Shown here piece by piece: positions 1-13,046 of a stretch of 64,000 nt of DNA. Each line of letters opens with the position of its first letter. Position 1 is the stretch's first letter. Under the pieces are notes generated by a model. The model saw only the letters and a list, made by a program, of their open reading frames with translations. It ran no database searches and was not told the DNA's origin. Origin of the DNA: Mytilus californianus (Eukaryota); NCBI RefSeq assembly GCF_021869535.1, contig NW_026262581.1:12710001-12774000 (forward strand), in the 5' to 3' direction. A program made the position numbers and the translations under genes.

Positions 1-835
1 TATAAAGCACAAAAATCCTTGTCTAAAGCAGCTTGAATATAGGTCAAATTTAAAAGTTATATTTTTAGCTAAATAAGAAGCTAAAATAAAAAAAAGCACT
101 AATATCATTGCTTTAACGAGAAGCATTAATCGGATTCAGTGCAGATAATAACACATGCACAGTTCAGTCCAAAATTCATGTTATCCCCCTACCGCTAATA
201 TATTAACTTCTTTTATTTACAATTAAAAAACAGTAATTTGCACGTATAATCAGAAAATAAAGTCGAACATTTTTTGTTGTTTCTACAATAAGCACCCAAA
301 ATATTAGAATTGCTAGAACAAAAAATGTCTAGTTCTATTAGATAATGCACTAGGTGTAGGTAACTTCGAGTACTTTTTTATCCGTACTTTTGTCTTTGTG
401 TTCGTTCTGTTATTGCCGATTTTTAAGCCCTTTTTGTTATTTTTGAAGTTTGTTTTAATATGTTATGCACGTGCCTGTCCTAAGCCAATGTCTGTAGTCC
501 AGTGGTTGTCGTCTACCATACTTGATTTTCGTTAGATATTGTTTACTTAAAATAGACCGTTATTTCAGATATGATTTTTTTGCTATTCAGTGACCCTTTA
601 AAGTTCACCCCATTACAGTATAGATTTGATGTCATTGATGGCACTTTATAGATGGCCTGCAGTTATTTACATGCTTATGTTTGTTCTATGGTGAGAAGTG
701 ATCATATTGGCTAACCACACCACATATTCTTAGTTTTTTCATATATCCACCAAAAACCACCTCCAATGTATCGTTATACATTTTTATTTGTAATCTTATT
801 TTCTGAAACATAACATATTAACAAACTGATACGAC

Positions 836-1033
836 CTGAAGAGTGGAGATTGTAAACACTTGTTCATCTTTGACCTCTGGAAAAATCTTTTTTAATTTGG
901 TCAAGGTTAATGACTTGATCTCCCTCTGCTCTTGTGGAGGAACCACGTCCCATTTATTGCAGACGAATAAAGTTGCACGTGAATCAAAGATGTCATCTGA
1001 TGAGTTAACAACTGAACGTAAAAAATCTGAAAG
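836..1033 (-). CDS. Gene A exon 5 (G4 NKWD)
   Basis: Not in ORF track on this strand. ttcag|LSDFLRSVVNSSDDIFDSRATLFVCNKWDVVPP...TISTLQ|gtcgta; 198 nt. Confidence 0.9.
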
Positions 1034-3475
1034 CTGAAATAAGTAAATTGATCCATATGAGAGTTTGCATGTGTAAAGAAAGTGGTAGTAAAAATATGGA
1101 AGTTAAAGTTGCAAGTTTATATTTATTCATTCAATGCCAAATTATATTAAAAACTAATTTTATAAACTAAATGAACTGCCAATGTCAAATTAATTCGGAT
1201 ACGAGTCCTTCTTGTTTTAAACTTTTTTCTCCCTCTTCCTTTTTTGTGGGGATATCGAAACTCTTAATTTTCATGTATTAATCGTGATCTTACTAATCTT
1301 ACATACTCTTCCTCTCTGTAATCCTGCAGCTTGAGCAGAATCTATGATGTAAATAAATCCAAATGACTCTTTCATGTATTCCTGAAGCCTTTTAATGATC
1401 AATCTGTTTTCTCCAATTCCTGGGGTGTCAACTAATACTATTCCATTCTGCAATAGTTTAAAGCAAAATAGAAAGTTTAGTTAAAATAAGATTATATAAA
1501 AAAGAAGATGTGGTATGATTGCCAATGAGACAACTCTCCACAAGAGACCAAATGACACAGAAATTAACAACTATAGGTCACCGTAAAGCTATTCTCCATT
1601 ACCTTTTACTTGATGTATTCTCTTGTGCAATTTTTGGGGGTTTTGACTTCTGTTTTTCACTTTTGTTACCCTTTTCCCTTTTACTTATAAGATAAAGTCA
1701 ACAAGATCCCACATCCAAAATTACAAAATACTTTACCTTTTTTATCGAAGTGGTTTATTTTTCCGTTATTACTTATTACTACAGATCACCAATACCATTT
1801 ATTTTTATATTTTACCTTTATAATTTCGGAAGGCCAGAAAATTTCGATTTTCTCAAACGGACTTTCATCATCCTCATTTAATTCTTGAATGTGATATTTT
1901 AGTTTCTTAAAGTCATTTTTTTCATCTTCGCCAAGGTCTAGACGACGGATTCCTTTTTCATCCTTGTTGTATAAAATCGCCTCTTTTTCATTATTTCTAC
2001 TGTGCCGTATCTCACAAATTGTAGCAGTGCATGCCAGCTGTTGAGTCGGTAGTAAATCTTTCCTCAAAATAAGATTAACGAAACTACTTTTCCCCGCTAC
2101 TCTATCACCTGTTTCAAGAAAAACATACAGCTTCTGTTCAAAATATTGATTATATAAACCCCCTTCAAAGATTTAATGACAAAAAATGAGTTATGTTTTT
2201 CAGAAGAAAAAGTTATCTATGATGGGTTTTTATTTTACTTGGGTCTTCAGTCTTATCTATTGCTGATTTACTATTTATTACATATTATATCAATCTTACT
2301 GGATAAAAAAAACAAAACACAAATATAAAGAAGTCACTTTCTTATACAAATTATTAAAGCCAAAATAATTATGTTGCACTTCATGAATGAAACATTTTCT
2401 TATTTCAAATTCACTACGCATTGTGATGTAATGTGCCATGTATATGTATTTAATAATTATAACAGTCCAATTGAAAAATAAAAGTCAAGAACTAGATGTA
2501 CCTAAAAGAAGATTGCACTGTAAGTGCTACAATACAAATATTGGTATATATTTTACTATACATGGATTAAGTTGAAACAGCAGTACTACCGGTGCAAACA
2601 TTGACACAACTCATTTTAACATGCACTACAAAATAGTGCAAGAGTTGTAACCTTGGTTACCTGCGATCAATATAAAGCAATCTTGGGAGAGTATGTCTCT
2701 CTGTCTGTATTCCAGTTCTTCTGTGAAATTTTGGAAAACACTATTTATATCTTTCTGTAATATATCATTCAGCTTGTCATAGAACGATTTCACTTCGACA
2801 TACTTCTGAAGTAATAATTCTCTTGTTTCTTTGTTGTTTACTACAACTTCGTCAAGGTTTGGAGGTTTCTGAATTATATTAATTATTTCAGTATTATTAG
2901 ATTGTTAATATCGTGCAATGCCAACTTTTGGATAGTATAAGACCAAATACCTTGGTATGTGAATTACGAGAATAAGAAAACCTTCAATTTTTTTCACTTT
3001 TTAAAATAAAGATACTTAAATGATATCTAAATTGAGGAGCATTAAAATCAACTATTGCAAAAAGTGGTGTCAAATAAAAAGGATATATAACTGTCAATCT
3101 AGAAATTGAAGTGTGTATCATAAATGAACACAGTTAACCGAGACATTTCAACCTGAGTCAATCATGAAATTGATCCTTAATATATAGGCCTTTGTACGTT
3201 TTAGCTTTTCTGTGTCGCTACTAGTTGATAAAGTGCAGTGCAATATCTATTCTATTGGATATAATGAATACCTAAATCTGATGTCTTACCTTTCCTTCAC
3301 CGGAAGTTGTATGTTTCTTATCCCATTCATTTAACAAAACTTTAATAATCTGATCCTTTGTTCTAAGGCCTTTGGAGATAAGTCCCCATGATTTGACAAA
3401 TCTAAAACCTGTAGGTACATCTGGAATACCGATTATATCGTCTCGACATTTAATTTCAAATCCTTTAGACGACAT
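836..3475 (-). CDS. Gene A (partial, 3' part off window): N-terminal helical module + dynamin-like (BDLP/mitofusin-type) GTPase; divergent paralogue of B and C
   Basis: Five GT-AG exons read by hand: 3290-3475, 2661-2868, 1816-2108, 1307-1447, 836-1033 (342 aa in window). Motifs GDRVAGKSS (G1), LPTQQLACT (G2), DTPG (G3), NKWD (G4). Intron phases match B and C; exons 1, 2 and 5 have identical sizes (186, 208, 198 nt). Confidence 0.9.
1307..1447 (-). CDS. Gene A exon 4 (G3 DTPG)
   Basis: ttgcag|NGIVLVDTPGIGEN...GLQRGR|gtatgt. Confidence 0.92.
1816..2108 (-). CDS. Gene A exon 3 (P-loop and G2)
   Basis: aacag|(G)DRVAGKSSFVNLILRKDLLPTQQLACTATICEIR...FWPSEIIK|gtaaaa. Confidence 0.92.
2661..2868 (-). 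CDS. Gene A exon 2 (helical segment before P-loop)
   Basis: Not in ORF track. ttcag|KPPNLDEV...QDCFILIA G|gtaacc; 208 nt as in B and C. Confidence 0.88.
3290..3475 (-). CDS. Gene A exon 1 (62-aa N-terminal module)
   Basis: MSSKGFEIKCRDDIIGIPDV...SGEGK then donor gtaaga, phase 0; 44/62 identical to gene B exon 1. Confidence 0.88.
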
Positions 3476-5058
3476 TCCCTTTTTCACATATGAAATGCTT
3501 GGTTCCTGGAATGCATTTATTTTGGTTATTGTTAATCATAAACTGCATATTTAATCAGTATAATACATCCTTGTCCATAATTTGAGATCGATTAGAAGTT
3601 TAAGTCGGTACTTTATTTCAGAAATAAAAATGTGTTTATAAGGGTCTTTTGTTCTTCGTAGTTTCTAGATGATTTTAGAATGATATGACAAAGATATGTA
3701 TGTGTGTAGTGTCATTAACAGAATGAAAAGTTATTTAAACAACTGACAACGACCCTTAAAACATCTAATACTATTTATGTATTAAGTGATTTGCTTGGAT
3801 GGATTAGAAGAATGGTTTATTTTATTCCTCTTATATAACTAAATGGGGACCATTGAGGGGAATGTTGTGAGCAAGTTCTTTCAAAAGGCAATCATACCTT
3901 AAATGGAAAAGAAAATTTTGTTAATAAAGCTTGATAATTTTCCATATCTTTTATCGCATACAATTTTTTTGTAAGAATAAAAAAATGGGGTTTTTTTTTT
4001 CATTCAAGGGTAAATACCATTGTTTATAAATGTGCCAATTTTCGACCGTTTGAATATACTGATATGGTAATTTGGTAATATGAAACAATTTTTAGCTAAA
4101 TCTTAGTTCCTTCAATTTTTTCTCACATTGATTATCAGTTTGTTTGACGTTTATTATAAAGAATGACACTGTTCCCAATTTGTATCTCCATCTTGATATG
4201 GAAAAACATAGCAGCATGACAATAAATGTTTTTAACAGGATAACTTTTCATCAGTTTATCAATCCTACATTTAAAATAAAACTTATGATTTGTTTCAAAA
4301 ATAATTTGTTCCGTTTTGTTTTTAAATCCTTTACAGGGACAAATTTGTTCTAAAACCAACGAAATTTTCAGAATTATTTCTAAACCTGCAAGACTGGGGG
4401 AGGGGGTTATGATAATATAATTCTTTTTAATTAATCTAGAAAAAGTTGTAGAACTCAACTGATTGATTGATTATTGTTTGCTTAAAACGTCCAGTGGCGC
4501 ATATCTCATGTATATTCAAAAGACCACATTAACAAGAAATCAAAAGTTCTGCAAAGATGACTCAAAGAAGCCAAATGAGAATATGTTGGATAGTTGCACA
4601 AACAATTTTTTGGGCTGGGTTCTTAAACTTGCAGAGACTACACGACTTATCGGATTTAACGTCCCGATTCCAATGGACGCGTCTGTGTATCTATGCATCC
4701 CACACAGCCAAATAGCCAAATAGCTAAGTTTTTTACTGCCAAATGGGATAAGTCTAATTATGACCATATGTCTATACGTGTCTATCATTAGGGTCAGTGA
4801 AATGAAAACATATGCCAAGAAAAAAAAACACTTTTCAAGACATGAATTTAAGAGGAGAATGTAATTTTTCCATTTTTAAAATCTTGTCATTCGATGTTCT
4901 TTAAAATTAATGTTAGTAAGCCAATATTGTGTTTTTTCTCATTTTATTTTCCAGATGTTAGATAAAGTTTGATTTATGACTTTTGAAATTGATATTATTT
5001 TTTAATTTAATTGAACAAAAATTATTATGAATTCCAACAAGTCAGGTATAATTAAAGA

Positions 5059-5142
5059 TTACACCCCAGTTCTATTGTTATACTTCACAGTTTCTATTTC
5101 TTACACCCCAGTTCTATTGTTATACTTCATAGTTTCTATTTC
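5059..5142. repeat. 42-bp tandem duplication
   Basis: ttacaccccagttctattgttatacttca(c/t)agtttctatttc twice, 1 mismatch. Confidence 0.9.
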
Positions 5143-5166
5143 TGAAACAAGTGTAAATTGAATAGA

Positions 5167-5279
5167 TCTATTGTTACGAATAACAAATGATTTTGACCAC
5201 AGGGTGTGACGAGCGGGGTTTCTGGAAACCCCTGCTTCTACATCCCGCAAACAAAGTCCATTTTATTCGTAACAATAGA
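5167..5279. mobile_element. Short fold-back element (17-bp perfect terminal inverted repeat, central hairpin)
   Basis: tctattgttacgaataa (5167-5183) / ttattcgtaacaataga (5263-5279); centre ggggtttctggaaacccc. Confidence 0.7.
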
Positions 5280-6302
5280 AATTGATTATTTTTTAAATAG
5301 CATGAACATAAGGAAATTACTAATATTGTTCACTACAAATTGTTTCAAGATATTAAATTTTTTTTTTTAGGAAATTCCAATAGCGAAAAAAAAATAAAGC
5401 ATCTATTTTGAATACAAAATAATCCTTTAAATACTCCTTTGCTTGAAGGTAATTTTTTTTTATCCCAGTCATATGTCTCTATTCTAAAGCATATATATTT
5501 GGTTTAAAAAAAAATGGGGATTCTAACTCCCGGGACCCCCCCCCCCCCCCCCCGGTTACCCATTAGCCGATCTGGGGTGGGGGTTCCGCGGTTTGGACCC
5601 GACTTTTATTTAAAAGATCAATGCATTTGAATGGTTGGACCCCCCCCCCCCTTTTTTTTTCTTGAGTTGGGAACCCCCAGCTGGATTAGCCTCTGTTTGC
5701 CCCCAAAAAGGGAGTTCCTAAATATTAAATCTGTATCTTTGTATGTAGAGCGTGTCTGGTAGTCGGGTCACACCTATACCTTAGTATGTCCGAACATGAA
5801 TGTTTGTTTATTCTCGAGAAGAGGGGGGGGGGGGTATAAAACCGTAAGTACAGTTATGATTACCTTTATTACACTGATACAGTTAAGTACTTTGGGTTAT
5901 AATATTGCCTTTATCTTAAGTCTCTTCTACCAAATCCAACGCTTGCCACATTATGTCGTCCGTCTTATACCCGTCCATATTGACAACTGCATACAAGGAT
6001 CATGATGTATTTTTTGTTTGTAATAAGAATACACGAAACGGTCAACCTTGACCCGCTGATCCATTTTAGCACATGGATTTAACGGGAATATGCAAAACAA
6101 CTTTGACATTTGTAAAATATAATCACTTGTCAAAGTTTGAACAAAGATACCCTAAGAAAGGTTACTAGTGGGGTTTCATGTAATCATTAAAAAAAAATTC
6201 TTATAAATCATGGTTTGATATTGTCGATAAATATGCTATCGTTTTTTTTTTTTATTTAATAATCAATGTTAACAAATATAGGGTTTAGAATGGGGTGTAA
6301 GT

Positions 6303-6407
6303 TAGTTATACACCTCGGGATACGGCGTGTCTGGATAAGAAACCACTCCGGCCTCCGGCCGACGGGGTTTCTTATCCAGACACACCTATCCCTCGGTGTA
6401 TAACTAT
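6303..6407. mobile_element. Near-perfect ~105-bp fold-back element
   Basis: Arms agttatacacc..gggata..gtgtctggataagaaacc / ggtttcttatccagacac..tatccc..ggtgtataact around a GC-rich loop. Confidence 0.75.
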
Positions 6408-6413
6408 CACTTA

Positions 6414-8035
6414 AACCCCAAACAACATAGTGTTTGTGTGTAAATCACATTACATAAACTGCTTTATAAATGAATTAGGTATTGACAATTCACTTGGAAA
6501 CGCAACTTATACCTCCACGACACTAACCAAACAGGAAATCCTTGATAATCATAGGTCTGTTCTATGTTCCTTTGGAATTTCAACCAAAGATGAAGAACTG
6601 GGTTTTCCATCACTTTATTGGATACCTAAACTATATAAGTGTCAACCAACGGTATATTGCTAGGTCTTCCAAGTGCTCCAGGAAACCTCTTTCTAAATTA
6701 ATAATATCAATTTTATCAGTAATAAAAGCCGGGCTTCAAACTTATTGTGAAACTACCTATTCTAGAGCTGGCGTGAATCAGATGTGGAGACTGAAAATTC
6801 CAAAGATCTTTTAGAGTACATACAATCTAAGACTCTTTCATCTTGCATTAGTATTAAAACATTTGACTTTTCTACACGTTACACAAGTATTCCCCATTCC
6901 AAACTAAAAGATAAATTGAAAGAGTTGGTCCTGCTTTGTTTCATAAAAAAGAATGACCAATGTAGATACAAGTATCTTGTCTTAGGGAGGGATAAATCCT
7001 ACTTTGTAAAAAATCACTCTGATTCAAACAAAAAAAATTTCTGAAACTGACATTATCAAGATGCTTGCTTTTTTGATTGACAACATATTTGTTACGTTTG
7101 GAGGATGTGTTTTTCAACACACAATTGATATTTCCATGGGAACCAACTGTGCCCCCCTTTTTACCGACGTGCTGCTTTATTCATATGAGGCTGACTTCAT
7201 ACAGGAACTTCTTAAGAAGAAAGAAAAGAAGTTAGCAGTATCCTTTAACTTTACTTTCCGCTATATAGATGATGTTCTCTCACTAAATAATTCAAAATTT
7301 GGTGACTATGTTGAACGCATCTATCCCATCGAACTTGAGATAAAGGATACAACAGATACAGTTAAGTCTGCATCATATCTTGACTTACATCTAGAAATTG
7401 ACAATGAGGGTCGGTTGAAAACAAAACTTTATGACAAAAGAGATGATTTCAGCTTCCTAATTGTAATCTTTCCATTTCTATGTAGCAACATTGCAGCAGC
7501 GCTTGTATACGGAAAATATATCTCCCAGTTGATACGATATTCCAGGGCTTGTATTTCCTATCATGATTTCCTTGATAGAGGGATGCCAATCACAAGGAAG
7601 CTATTAAACCAAGAGTTCCAAGTGGTGAAGTTGAAATCATCCCTTCGTAAATTTTACGGACGACATCACGAGTTGGTTGACCGTTATGGAACATCTGTTT
7701 CACAGATGATAGCGGACATGTTCCAAATGTCGTAACTACAATCCTGTCCTTTCCCCCGAATGTGACCTACCGATTTAGACTTATTACCGGGTTTGTACTA
7801 ACATGTTCAACACGACGGGTGCCACATATGGAGCAGGATCTTCTTACCCTTCCGGAGCACCTGCGATCACCCCAAGTTTTTGGTAGGGTTCGTGTTGCTC
7901 AGTCTTTAGTTTTCTATGTTGTGCTTTGTGTACTATTGTTTGTCTGTTTATCTTTTTCTTTTTTAGCCATGGCGTTGTCAGTTTATTTTGACTTGTGAGT
8001 TTGAATGTCCCTTTGGTATCTTTCGCCTCTCTTTT
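6414..8035 (+). mobile_element. 5'-truncated Penelope-like retroelement (RT + thumb + 3' UTR), frameshifted
   Basis: KTFDFST.YTSIPH, ISMGTNCAP, FRYIDD, LDLHLEID...TKLYDKRDDF. The ORF stops after the thumb with no downstream GIY-YIG, as in permuted Naiad-type PLEs (inference). Confidence 0.88.
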
Positions 8036-8096
8036 AAAAGAACTAAATGTTTCAGATACTTTGAGATTTGCTTACAATATAATTAAAATGCTGACA

Positions 8097-8300
8097 AAAA
8101 GAGGCTGAAGATAACAAGGTAACATTACAAATTTATAAGTCAAAAGAGGAACTGACAACGCCACGGCAAAACACAAAAGACTATGAAAAGACACAATACA
8201 CTAAATATAAAAACTAAAGACTGAGCAACACAAACCCCATCAAAAACTGGGATGACCTCAGGTTTTCCGAAAGGGTAAGCAGATTTAGATGGCACCCGTC
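8097..8300 (-). mobile_element. Inverted 3'-UTR fragment of the same Penelope-like family
   Basis: Reverse complement matches 7815-8035 (gacgggtgcc...ttcagcctcttt). Confidence 0.7.
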
Positions 8301-8454
8301 ATTTTGCTCATTGTAAGTAAAATATGTTTTGATTTAATCGTAGATATTAAAGGTCTTTTCCTGGTTCAGTGTAGGATAATCCTTTATTTTTATTTTAATT
8401 TACAGAAGTTTTATAAGCATAAGTATTAATATTTTTTTATATGCGAATATGTTG

Positions 8455-8808
8455 AGTCAATCTTGAATGTTTTCATGTTACTCATAAATTAGTTGTTGAG
8501 CAGGGTCGTTATAGAAAGATGGACAAAGATCAGAGAATTTGTAAATTTTGTATTTTAAATTCAATTGAAGATGAAATTCTTTTTCTAATGGAATGTCCAG
8601 CATTCGAACAACAACAACAAGTATTGGTTGAATTCTACTTTAAAAATGTGTAATAATTTCAAAAATCTAAATACAGAAAACAGATTTATTTGGCTTCTTT
8701 CTTGTGAAAATGATGACATATGCAACACTGTGACATTAACTTGTTATAAATGTTGTACAACAAGAAAACAACTGCTACAGTTAAATCCATATTATCATAA
8801 GCATTATC

Positions 8809-8855
<47 letters not shown>

Positions 8856-8945
8856 ATGTCTTTATGTAATCATTATATGTAACATGCCCTTCTTGGGCCG
8901 ATAATTGGTTTAATAAAGTATTCGTATTTGTATTCGTATTTTGTT
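8455..8945 (+). mobile_element. 3' end of a non-LTR (LINE) retrotransposon with an internal T41 run
   Basis: THKLVVEQGRY...RICKFC...IEDEILFLMECP matches the C-terminal zinc-knuckle region of LINE ORF2 (His lost); ends aataaa + gtattcgtatttgtattcgtatt tail; T41 at 8811-8851. Confidence 0.75.
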
Positions 8946-9648
8946 GCTACCATTGGATATTTGCTGAAATACTAAAATTCTTCTTATATACCACACACCT
9001 GTTAGTTCGTTCGTTTTTACTACGATAACTTATTGATTGAGGAATATTAAGTTGACAAACAATGTATTTACGTGGCAACCTTAAAAAAAACTAAGACAAT
9101 CATACTAGATTCTCCAAGAGAAAATGACACTTTCCCTGGAAAAAATATAAAAGTATGAGAGCAGTATCTAAATAGATTGTTTTCGAAAAAAATATTCTCG
9201 TGCTCTAACTTGGTTATTTATGTATCATGGTCACTAGTTTGTCAAACTTTCCTTTATTTGAGGCACCATTAATTTACGCAGTGGGCTTTTTCCTCGGAGT
9301 GCTGGAGATTCAAATAAAAGAAATATCTAAACCCTATCGTATCAGTCTTTTAAAGACGAAACGCGCGTCTGATGTAATGAATTTTATCTGCAATGATTCT
9401 TTAAAAATATTAAAAAAACAATTACTCTAGAAACACAATGTACATGTATAGGTCACCATGTTGGAATCTGAACTATGCATTTTGTTTTATAGTGTAAAAC
9501 TTTTACCGTATATGGTATATAGATAGGCACAGGTGAAGGTTTGTGCACATGTAAACCTTGTTTTACTGACCTCATTTTATGGTTTTACCCAATCAGGCTA
9601 TGTGGACCCTGTCTTGTGCGTTGTTGTTTGTCTTTATTGTAACGTATA

Positions 9649-9866
9649 CTGTAAACCAACTTATTTTCGCGGATACTTTATTACGCGTTTAGCCCTTTCT
9701 AGTCCACTTCGCGGAGATTTAATTTCGCGATTTTGTAATTTACTTGATGCAGTTAAACAAGGGAGGATCTAAGTTATACATATTCGCGACGATTTAAATT
9801 TACGTAACTTTTCTACTCGCGAAAGTCGCGAAAATAAATCGCTCGCGAAAATTAGTTGGTTTACAG
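9649..9866. mobile_element. MITE with CTGTAAACCAACT terminal inverted repeats and TA target duplication
   Basis: TA|ctgtaaaccaactt...aattagttggtttacag|TA; same family as 20682-20860. Confidence 0.88.
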
Positions 9867-11744
9867 TATTTCTCAGACGAATAGTGATTGGTGTTATTTG
9901 TAGAACTGTCCTATATTTCTTTTTGATTATTCCTGGTATCCTTTTAATGTATTGCTTAATTTTAATTGTCCAGTAGAAAATTTAACACATCTATGATGGA
10001 TAATATTAACCTTTATATAAAAGAATGTAAATACACTTAAAAAGTCAACCACGGAGTAGACAATCGATGTTTATAGACTAATAAGATTGAAACGATAACG
10101 ATAAGGTAGTGAAAAAAAGTAAACTAATACGTTTGATCCATATCATTTCCATTACCAGAAATATTCTTTTACTATACGTTGATTTCTCACGTCATTTAAA
10201 CGTTTTATTGGCTTACTTGATTCCTGTATCTTTGAACTGATAAAGTAATTGTGACTGCTTGACATTTTTCAAACACTGGTCTTTATTCTTATGTACATAA
10301 TCCAACCCTGCATAGTGAAATATATTAATTTTATCATTTGAAAACAGATATCGAAGCAGTCATAAGGAAGTTATCCCCATTAGAATATTCATCCCTTAGC
10401 TCAACGTACTGACGTAGATTCTATGCCCAACAAACGCACAAATTACGTCAAATAACGTCACCCAAAACCAAACACTTTGACGGAAAGTTAACAATTGAAA
10501 TACATGTATTATCGTAACATTGTGTTTCAAAATCTGGTGTCTTTTCTAACACATCTCTATTTTGAATTCTATTATATTTGTATGCTGTGATTTCAATGAA
10601 AAGAATACACAACCTATTATTTGTTTCTATTGTCTTCTAGAGGCAACACTATTGAATACATGGAACAATTTGCCATCAGATGTAAAAGATAAGCAATCGT
10701 TAAAACTTCCTTTTTATTAGCAGTCTCGCAATACTTTGCTGAAACTTTTGCTATAATTAAATAATAATATGAATACGTATTTATTTGAATATGAGATAAT
10801 GTACTTTGATCTCATATTGCCTAGAGAACCCTCACGAAGATTATATTTGCTTTTTGAGGTAATCCTCTTGAAATACAGATAATTCTTTTATTTTTCTTAA
10901 AAATTGAAAGATGCAAACTAGTACTTAAATATTTTTACTGTATAGACACATTGTTTTTATTCTACTAAACATGTTTATTTATTGTATTTTATCGAAACGA
11001 TACACAATCCGGAATGCATATATAAGTTTTTGTCCACCCGAAGAGCTTTTCCTCGATCTACCTCTAATCAGAAACGCTCAACATAAAACCTTTGAGAGCC
11101 AAAGATATATAAATTCTCAAGGAGATACATACAGTAACAGACAGATATCAAACGAATAGCACAAACCAGTTAAGGTCAACATTGCCGACGGGAGTTGGAA
11201 CGTCAGTTTCTATGTAATTTCTAAATATTTAAAAAAAAATAATCAATGTTATAAATCATGTCAGTGCCAAAGCACTGACTACTTACCTACTGGCACTCTC
11301 GTGGACTAACAGTCCATCAGCAGCGGCATTGACTCAGTGCTAGAAAATAAAAATAGCACAAGAAATTTGGTGCGTCCGAGACGCTTTCACCAGATTCACC
11401 ATGAAAAAAAAATGAAAGCCAAGTAAAACAATGATTGAGGAGCTACATGACCAAAATTTACCTAACCAAAAAAGGGAGTAAAATCAGTCAGTCAGCGAGT
11501 CTTGTCACAGTAATTGTATTTCAGTCAGATTATTTCATGGATGTAAAAAAAGATGATTAAAAACCTGTTCGACGTGCTTGTTTCAATACTGTAGTTACTG
11601 TAGCTAATATATGATCTGTCATTCACCATACAAACAAGCAAACGTACACCATATGTACACCATTAGAATATATATTTGCATATAATTCGAATAAGTTCGT
11701 CAGTCCAAAGCATTTCTACTTAGCAGATGGTGACAATGAAAAAA

Positions 11745-11960
11745 GTAATGTCACAAAAATACCGAACTCCAAGGAAAGTTCAAAACGGAAAGTCCATTAA
11801 CTAATGGCAAAATCAAAAGCTCAAACACATCAAACGAATGAAAAACAACTGTCATATTCCTGACTTGGTACAGGCATTTCCTTGTGTCGAAAATGGTGGA
11901 CTAAACCTGGTTTTATAGCTAGATAAACCTCTCACTTGTATGACAGTCGCATAGAATTCA
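11745..11960 (+). repeat. Abundant dispersed repeat (family unassigned); further copies near 14865-15090 (+), 25795-25980 (-), 26920-27040 (+), 45265-45400 (-)
   Basis: Shared core aaggaaaattcaaaacggaaag...caactgtcatattcctgacttggtacaggcatt...aaacctggtttta. Confidence 0.8.
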
Positions 11961-12494
11961 ACCATGAAAACCATTGTTTGACATTCAATCCGAAGCGGTA
12001 CAAACTCAGACGTAAGATATTGATTTCAATGAACAGGATTCTAGCTTCTTGCAAGTTATTTTTCATAAATGTATATTCTACCACAAAGCCCCGTTGAATA
12101 CAATATTTACTATTATTCCACTGTAAGTAAATATTGATAGCGAAATCAACATTTGATTGGTTGAGACTATCCGATGTAACATTGAATAAAACTTCATATT
12201 CCCCTCTGAATGTCGGGACTTCCATCTGCGACGTTACGCGCGGTTAATGTACACAACATTTTAAAGATTTTTTTTTAAAATAACAATAGTTTTGTTATTT
12301 TCGTACTCAAAATTATTTTAAATCTAAATAAAAAAAAAAATAAAAAGAAGAAATAATTAACGTTTGATCGGTATTGTTTATCAAATTTGTTTATTTCCTA
12401 TTTAGTTTTAAAAACAAACGGATTAGAAAAAATGTGTGTAAATTAATAATTTATGCTCAGGAAGTAAAACAAATTATAGGCAGTGGAATAAAGC

Positions 12495-12634
12495 ATTCAT
12501 TTCCGTTTGCTTAGGGAGATATGAAGATGTGTTTACTCTCGAAAACTCACATTTCCCTCGGCGATGCCCTCGAGAAATACGATTTTTCTTGGTTGAACAA
12601 ATCGTTATATCTCCCTCACGCACGGAAAATAAAT
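12495..12634. mobile_element. Imperfect fold-back element
   Basis: atttccgt..agggagatat / atatctccct..acggaaaat arms; centre ccctcggcgatgccctcg. Confidence 0.6.
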
Positions 12635-13046
12635 GTATAGTATCCACCAGAGATATTGAAATTTGAAAATTAAGCTATCAGAGTGGATAAATAGGGTTGT
12701 CTACGGAGCGGTACAATATGTTTCTCTAATGATTTAATGGAAAATGCTTGATGTAACGTTTTGAATGGATATGGCGGGATATTGCGCGAGACAAATTTAG
12801 TTAACGTGTTGTTTTATTAAAATTTATCAAACTGGTCAAACCGGTTAAAATGCGAACAGAATTAGATAAAATTATACACATAATTGTATTGTACTACTAT
12901 TTGAAAAAGTTTCTTATATATTGTCAACTGTATTCACTCTTTAGTTGTATATATTGTTTTAGGCTATACCAAACAAAATTTTATTTTTTAGACAAACTCT
13001 CTTATTGTAACAAATTTAGATTCATCATCCGACTAAATCAATGACA

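Noticed and set aside
1-835. Exon 6 of gene A
   Set aside because: No 116-nt phase 0-to-2 exon resembling B/C exon 6 could be found; it probably lies left of the window.
8628-8882. ORF with a poly-Phe tract
   Set aside because: It is a translation of the T41 homopolymer within a decayed LINE 3' end.
11932-12225. 97-aa minus-strand ORF downstream of gene B
   Set aside because: No recognisable motif or paralogous match, its end runs into a dispersed repeat, and it lies beyond B's stop codon.
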